Shown here: one piece after another, positions 49,783 through 56,044 of the stretch
Layout of the letters: each line of letters starts with the position of its first letter
Numbering within the stretch: position 1 is the stretch's first letter
DNA from: Prorocentrum cordatum
Lineage: Eukaryota
Assembly (NCBI GenBank): GCA_963575745.1
Contig: CAUYUJ010000116.1
Span: 62,001-118,044 of the forward strand
Length of the DNA: 56,044 bases
Direction: 5' to 3'
Made by a program: the position numbers and the translations under genes
Notes under the pieces: model-generated
What the model was told of the DNA's origin: nothing
The model's database searches: none
What the model saw: only the letters and a program-made list of their open reading frames with translations

Positions 49783-51495
49783 AATCACTTTACCCGAACG
49801 CTCAGTGTTCTCATCAGTGCCAGGGTTTTCATGCGACGCCAGCCAATACCCCCACTTTGTGGGGGGGCAGTGCAAGCTCTACCAAATATCCACACGACTC
49901 TTCGCCACCACCCACACCCAGCTTCCCGCCCTATGACGTTCGGACACTTCACTTCGTGGCCTGCGGACAACCGTGGCTACTACACTGGCGTGGAGTACAC
50001 ACCCACAGAAGTTGTTAGGACAGCGCGCGCGGGTAGAAATTTTGAAAAGTCGTGCAGGTGTTTTTCGAGGACCTACGGTGCGATTCTTGTGATTTTATGA
50101 TGCGCGGTGCTAAAATTCTTAAGAAGCCCAATGGTTTTTGGAGATTTCGGCGTGCGCGCGCGAAGAAAAAACGAATGTGTCCCGCATTGTATTATTTGAC
50201 AGGGATGATGGCCCTGGCAGGTGCGCAACCGTTGTCGCAGAAGTTCGAAAAAAGTTGCTCGCAAAAGCCCGATTGACAGAAATGTTGAAAAAGAGTTGGG
50301 TTTCCTACGAATCCGCAAGAGCGCGCGGGATGAGATTTTGACATTTTTTTTGTTGAAAAACCATTGGTTTTTTGATGTTTTTATGTTAAAATCGCTCCGA
50401 ACACTAAGCTTTTGGAAGGATTTCGTCTTGCGCGCGCGAATGTCCACTTTACCTTATATTTTGCAAGGGATTCTTGAAATTTGATTATATTAGAACAAGA
50501 AATGTCATTTTATAGTGTTTTTTTTGCAAGGGAAAACGGATTACAACAAAACAACCGGATCTGGATCACATCGTTTTACCTGAGGCTTCCTCACGAAAAT
50601 GATGAAAATGTAGCTGCGGCCTAGGCGGCGCAGGGGGGGCGCGCACCAGGGGGCCCAACAATAATTATTCTTTAGAATAAATCATGTTCAACAACAACAA
50701 CAACAGCAACAACAGCAACAATCATTTTACCCGAACGCGTGGTGTTCTCCCCAGTGCCAGGGTTTTCATACGACACCAGGCAATACCCCCACTTCGTGGG
50801 GGGGCATTACAAGCTCTACCAAATATCCAAACGACTCTTCGCGACCACCCAAACCCAGCTTCCCGCCCTATGACGTTGGGACACTTCACTTCGTGTCGTG
50901 CGGACGACCGTGGCTACTACACTGGCGTGGGGTACACACCCACAGAACCCAATGGTTTTTGGAGATTTCGGCGTGCGCGCGCGAAGAAAAAACGAATGTG
51001 TCCCGCATGGTATTATTTGACAGGGATGATTGCCCTGGCAGGTGCGCAACCGTTGTCGCAGAAGTTCGAAAAAGTTGCTCGCAAAAGCCCGTTTGACAGA
51101 AATGTTTAAAAAGTGTTGGGTTTCCTACGAATCCGCAAGAGCGCGCGGGATGAGATTTTGACATGTTTTTGTTGAAAAACCATTGGTTTTTTGATGTTTT
51201 TATGTTAAAATCGTTCCGAACACTAAGCTTTTGGAAGGATTTCGTCTTGCGCGCGCGAATGTCCACTTTACCTTATTTTTTGCAAGGGATTCTTGAAATT
51301 TGATTATATTTGAACAAGAAATTTCATTTTATAGTGTTTTTTGCAAGGGACAGCGGGGGGGAACAAAACAACCTGATCTTGATGACATCGTATTACCTGA
51401 GGCTTCCTCACGAAAATGATGAAAACGTGGCTGCGGCCTAGGCGCGGCGGGGGGGGCGCGCACCAGGGGGCCCAACAATAATTATTCTTTAGAAT
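49783..51495 (+). repeat. Tandem pair of a ~0.9-kb AT-richer unit (49783-50678; 50720-51495) separated and flanked by (AAC)n
   Basis: Colinear similarity; second copy lacks ~120 bp. Confidence 0.9.
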
Positions 51496-51784
51496 TAATA
51501 ATGCTCAACAACAACGACAACAACAAGGTACAGGCCGGCATGGTCCCCCCGGGGTCCGGGGCTTCACTTCCCGCGTCCGCCACAGTGGAGGAGGCCGGTC
51601 CCGCCCCCCCGGTGAGTCGGAGGGGGGGGGGGGGAACAACACAACACAACACAACGAATTCTGTACGAATTCTGTACGAATTCTGTACGAATTCTGTATG
51701 AATTCTGTATGAATTCTGTATGAAGCCTACAAACTCCCTACGGATTCCCATCGGAATCCGTTCGGGACCCTTTAGGAGTCTTTG

Positions 51785-52573
51785 GATCCCTCCAGGGACT
51801 CTATAGAATCCCTGTGGATCCCTCCAGGGACTCTATAGAATCCCTGTGGATCCCTCCAGGGACTCTATAGACTCCCTCCAGGGACTCTATAGAATCCCTG
51901 TGGATCCCTCCAGGGACTCTATAGAATCCCTGTGGATCCCTCCAGGGACTCTATAGACTCCCTCCAGGGACTCTATAGCATCCCTGTGGATCCCTCCAGG
52001 GACTCTATAGAATCCCTGTGGATCCCTCCAGGGACTCTATAGAATCCCTGTGGATCCCTCCAGGGACTCTATAGAATCCCTGTGGATCCCTCTAGGGACT
52101 CTATAGACTCCCTGTGGATCCCTCCAGGGACTCTATAGACTCCCTGTGGGTCCCTCCAGGGACTCTATAGAATCCCTGTGGATCCCTCCAGGGACTCTAT
52201 AGAATCCTTGTGGATCCCTCCAGGGACTCTATAGAATCCCTGTGGATCCCTCCAGGGACTCTATAGACTCCCTGTGGATCCCTCCAGGGACTCTATAGAA
52301 TCCCTGTGGATCCCTCCAGGGACTCTATAGAATCCCTGTGGATCCCTCCAGGGACTCTATAGAATCCCTGTGGATCCCTCCAGGGACTCTATAGAATCCC
52401 TGTGGGTCCCTCCAGGGACTCTATGGACTCCCTCCAGGGACTCTATAGAATCCCGGTGGATCCCGCCAGGGACTCTATGGACTCCCTCCAGGGACTCTAG
52501 AGAATCCCTGTGGATCCCTCCAGGGACTCTATAGAATCCCTGTGGATCCCTCCAGGGACTCTATAGACTCCCT
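51785..52573 (+). repeat. 32-bp minisatellite CCAGGGACTCTATAGAATCCCTGTGGATCCCT (22-bp variants)
   Basis: ~25 units. Confidence 0.95.
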
Positions 52574-53430
52574 CGGGTGCACCCCATGTGGGGCCACGAA
52601 CCGTGTGAGGGGTGCGCCGAAATGGACCCGAAACCTTCGGCTGCGCCCCGTGTGGGACCACGAACCGTGTGAGGGGTGCGCCGAAATGTGCCCGAAGCCT
52701 TCGGGTGCGCCCGATGTGGGGCCGCGAAAGCTTTCGGTTGCGCACCTTGTAGGGCCACGAACCGTGTGAGAGGTGCGCCGAAATGGTCCCGAAGCCTTCG
52801 GCTGCGCCCCCTGTGGGGCCACGCACCGTGTGAGGGGTGCACCGGCATGGGCCCGAAGCCTTCGGGTGCGCCCCATGTGGGGCCACGAACCGTGTGAGGG
52901 GCGCTCCGAAATGGGCCCGAAACCTTCGGCTGCGCCCACAAATGGGGCCACGAACCGTGTGAAGGGTGCGCCGAAATGGACCCGAAGCCTTCGGGTGCGC
53001 CCGATGTGGGGCCGCGAAAGCCTTCGGCTGCGCCCCCTGTGGGGCCACGCACCGTGTGAGGGGTGCGCCGAAATGGGCCCGAAGCCTTCGGGTGCGGTCC
53101 CTGTGGGGCCACGAACCGTGTGAGGGGTGCGCCGAAAGAATCCCGAAGCCTTCGGCTGCGCCCCGTGTGGGGCCACGAACCGTGTGAGTGGTGCGCCGAA
53201 ATGGGCCCGAAACCTTCGGCTGCGCCCCGTGTGGGGCCACGAACCGTGTGAGTGGTGCGCCGAAATGGGCCCGAAGCCTTCGGGTGCGCCACATGTGGGG
53301 CCGCGAAAGCCTTCGGCTGCGCACCTTGCAGGGCCACGAACCGTGTGAGGGGTGCGCCGAAATGGTCCCGAAGCCTTCGGCTGCGCCCCCTGTAGGGCCA
53401 CGAGCCGCGTGAGGGGTGCGCCGAAATAGT
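52574..53430 (+). repeat. 64-bp minisatellite GGGGCCACGAACCGTGTGAGGGGTGCGCCGAAATGGG...
   Basis: Period 52594 to 52658, with some longer units. Confidence 0.95.
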
Positions 53431-53671
53431 CCGATGGAACCCTGTAGGGGTTCTAAGGGACTCCGATGGAACCCTGTGGGGTTCGAATGGGAGTCCGATG
53501 GAACTCTGTAGGGGTTTTATGGGCGTCCTATGGAACCCTGTACGGGTCGTGTGGGAATCCTATGGAACCCTGTACGGATCCCACAGGATCCTCCTGTAGG
53601 GGTGCGTTGTGTTGTGTTGTGTTGTTCCCCCCCCTCCCCCCCTCCCCCCCGGGGGGGCTTGCCCCGCCTGT

Positions 53672-53674
53672 ATC

Positions 53675-53720
<46 letters not shown>

Positions 53721-54460
53721 GACATATCATCATCAGCAGCAGCAGCATCATCAGCAGCATGATCATCAGCAGCATCATCATAATCAATCATAATCATTGA
53801 AATCCTCATCCTTATCTTCATCATCATCCTCGCCCCCATCATCATCCTCAGCATCCTCCGACTGATATACCATAAACCTCAGCCTCATCATCATCACCAT
53901 CATAAGCGCAAGCATAATACTCACCAGCTTCATTGCCCTCATCATCATCACCATCAGCATCATCACCATAATCATCCTCAACATCATCATCGTCCTCGTC
54001 CTTGTCATCGTCCTCATCATCACCCTCATCTTCATCATCCTCTAATCATCATCACCAACATCATCAACCTCACCATCCTCATCAGCATCCTCAGCATCAG
54101 CATCACCATCCTAATCATCATGATCCTCATCAGCATATCCATCGCTATCGTCATCCTCATACTCATGATCATCATCAGTAGCATCATCATTATCATAATC
54201 CTCATCATTGGCATCATCATCAACTTCATCATCATCCACATCCTCATCATCATCCTCATCATCATCGTCATCATCAGCATACGTAATCAGTATCATCATC
54301 ATCATCATCAGCATCAGCACCATCATCATCATAATCAGCATCAGCATCAGCATCATCAGCATCATCATCAGCATCAGCATCGTCATCCTCGTCATCCTCG
54401 TCAATCTCGTCATCCTCGTCCTCTTTGTCGTCGTCGTCGTCGTCGTCAACATCACCATCA
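53672..54460 (+). repeat. (CAA)n/(CAT)n microsatellite
   Basis: Direct. Confidence 0.9.
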
Positions 54461-54490
54461 CTGTCCTGATTATGTGTCCTCAACGCTCAC

Positions 54491-54574
54491 CAGGAGCCGA
54501 GCAAGGCCCCAGCCGCGCGCGGGCTGCCGGGCAGGTCCCGCCCAGTTCTTGGCGTGCTCCGTGATGCAGAGCAT
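54491..54574 (-). CDS. Candidate host exon (MLCITEHAKNWAG...GLARLL)
   Basis: CAG acceptor, canonical G|GTGAG donor, 84 nt, GC3-rich. Confidence 0.45.
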
Positions 54575-54602
54575 CTGCCTTCGGTCAGCGGGCGCCACCA
54601 TA

Positions 54603-54775
54603 CAGCAGGAGCTCGACCACAAGAAACCTTTCACAAGAAAATCTCTGGGACCCCAGGACGCCCATAGGTTGTTTGCGTTGGTTCGTCACGCTTTCCACAG
54701 CAAAACAATCGAAACCCAACAAACCCAGGGCACCCTGGATGCAAGCAGAATGTATCTTGGCATGGGTTTCCACTG
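54603..54775 (+). mobile_element. Tc1/mariner-type MITE family B, copy 3
   Basis: TA|CAG...CACTG; similarity to 47524-47697. Confidence 0.7.
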
Positions 54776-55685
54776 AACCCAGATGCTCCGTGATGCACAG
54801 CCTCTGCCTTCGCCCGATCGGAAAATCAGATCAATCTAAATCCGCCAAACCCTTGTGGATCTCCTGGCGTGTGAGATGTTCCCCCCCACGAACCGCACCC
54901 CAAGATCCAAGACTGCACGTTTGACCCCGCCCTCCCTGGCCGCGGCTCACGCCGGGCCAGGCTCGTCCGAGAGGGGGCGGGCCCTTCCAGGGCTGTTCTG
55001 TTCTGGAGGTCTCCATGACGACCAAGACAGTTCGAAAGAGGAAAGCACGCTGGCGATATGAGACGACCAAGACGGCTCCGCGCGGGTAGTCGGACCGTCA
55101 AAGATGGTGCCAGGAGATGGCCTCAAATATGGCTCAAGATAGCCGAAGATGTCTCGAGATAGCTTCCGACATACCTACAAAACGCCCCAAGACAGCCCCA
55201 ATACTGTGCCAAGCGCCCTCCGAGCCATCCAGGGTACTCCTCGAGAAGGCAAAATCAATGAAAACCCTGCAGACCATGTGTTCTGCATTCTCGCCGTTTC
55301 GCATCCGATGGGCTTGAAGGCTTCAAGATGGCCCAAAGGTGGCCCCAGAGAGCTTCGAGAGGGGCCCAGGAGGGCCCCAAGACGGCCCCACGAGCGCTCA
55401 GGAGGGCCCCGAGAGCGCTTCAAGAAGGCTCCAGGGGGGGGGGGCCTGAATCCCACCAGCCCTTTAGGGCGTATGTAGTTTAGGGTGTTTTGTCTTCCAT
55501 CTGCCCCTGTTCCCCTTCGGGGAAGGGTTTACCACAGTTCCCCATTATAGTGTGCACCCCCTCACCCAGGCGACCAGCGGCCAACCAGGAACCATGATCA
55601 ACCCCCCACAACCATACCTGTCAAAAAACTGATCCTGGCGAAGGACCCAACCATATGCAATTGTGAATACCGCAGTTGTGAGCCC

Positions 55686-56044
55686 CGCCTTCGGTGGAGC
55701 TCCCTATGGAGCCACGAAACGCATGCGGGGTGTGCCGAAATGGGTGCGGTGGCGCCATGCAAACCCCGCCAGTGGGGACTTCGGTGGAGCTCCCTGTGGG
55801 GCCACAAAACGCATGCGGAGTGTGCCGAAATAGGTGCGGTGGCGGCATGCGAACTCCGCCGGTGGGGACTTCGGTGAAGCTCCATGTGGGGCCACGAAGC
55901 GTGCGGGGGATGTGCCGAAATGGGTGCGGTGGCGCCATGCGAGACCTGCCACTGAGGCCTTCGGTGGAGCTCCCTAGTGGGGCCACGAAACGTGAGGGCT
56001 GCGCCGAAATGGGGGCGGTGGCGCCATGCGAACCCTGCCACTGG
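55686..56044 (+). repeat. 90-bp minisatellite, runs off the window end
   Basis: GCCACRAARC at 55711, 55801, 55891, 55982. Confidence 0.9.

Larger units (their letters stand above)
51604..53657. mobile_element. Foldback/TIR element filled with minisatellites
   Basis: G-run+AACAACACAACACAACACAACG is mirrored by CGTTGTGTTGTGTTGTGTTGTT+C-run; CCCCCCCGG/CCGGGGGGG termini. Confidence 0.6.

Noticed and set aside
55463..55486. Two TTTAGGG telomere-like heptamers
   Set aside because: Non-tandem and only two copies.
55500..55685. Possible snRNA/SL-RNA (Sm-like AGTTTTTTG on the minus strand)
   Set aside because: No match to U1/U2/U4/U5 or DinoSL sequence; an Rfam/Infernal search would be needed.

Overview
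Eukaryotic, GC-rich, repeat-saturated DNA. Most ORFs in the supplied track are spurious translations of microsatellites. A spliced-leader relic, GC-AG introns and exons starting in G point to a dinoflagellate (Prorocentrum-like; inference). The window appears to be mostly the very long introns of a minus-strand host gene, from which a phase-consistent chain of short exons (43070 to 18262) can be read. The introns contain five kinds of insert. (1) A near full-length 6.6-kb non-LTR retrotransposon (36251-42860, minus; Zn-ribbon/coiled-coil ORF1, then APE-RT-CCHC-RNase H-Zn finger). It sits in a (CCT)n tract, begins with DinoSL relics, and has ORF1 and ORF2 in frame across one UGA-CUA. This suggests a LINE expressed by host transcription, SL trans-splicing and stop-codon readthrough. 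(2) A 5'-truncated RTE-type LINE with a 17-bp TSD. (3) DINE-1/HINE-like (non-autonomous Helentron-like) elements carrying 152-bp tandem arrays. (4) Several MITE families, including nine hAT-type copies with 8-bp TSDs, all in the same orientation. (5) Foldback and minisatellite elements and long simple repeats.
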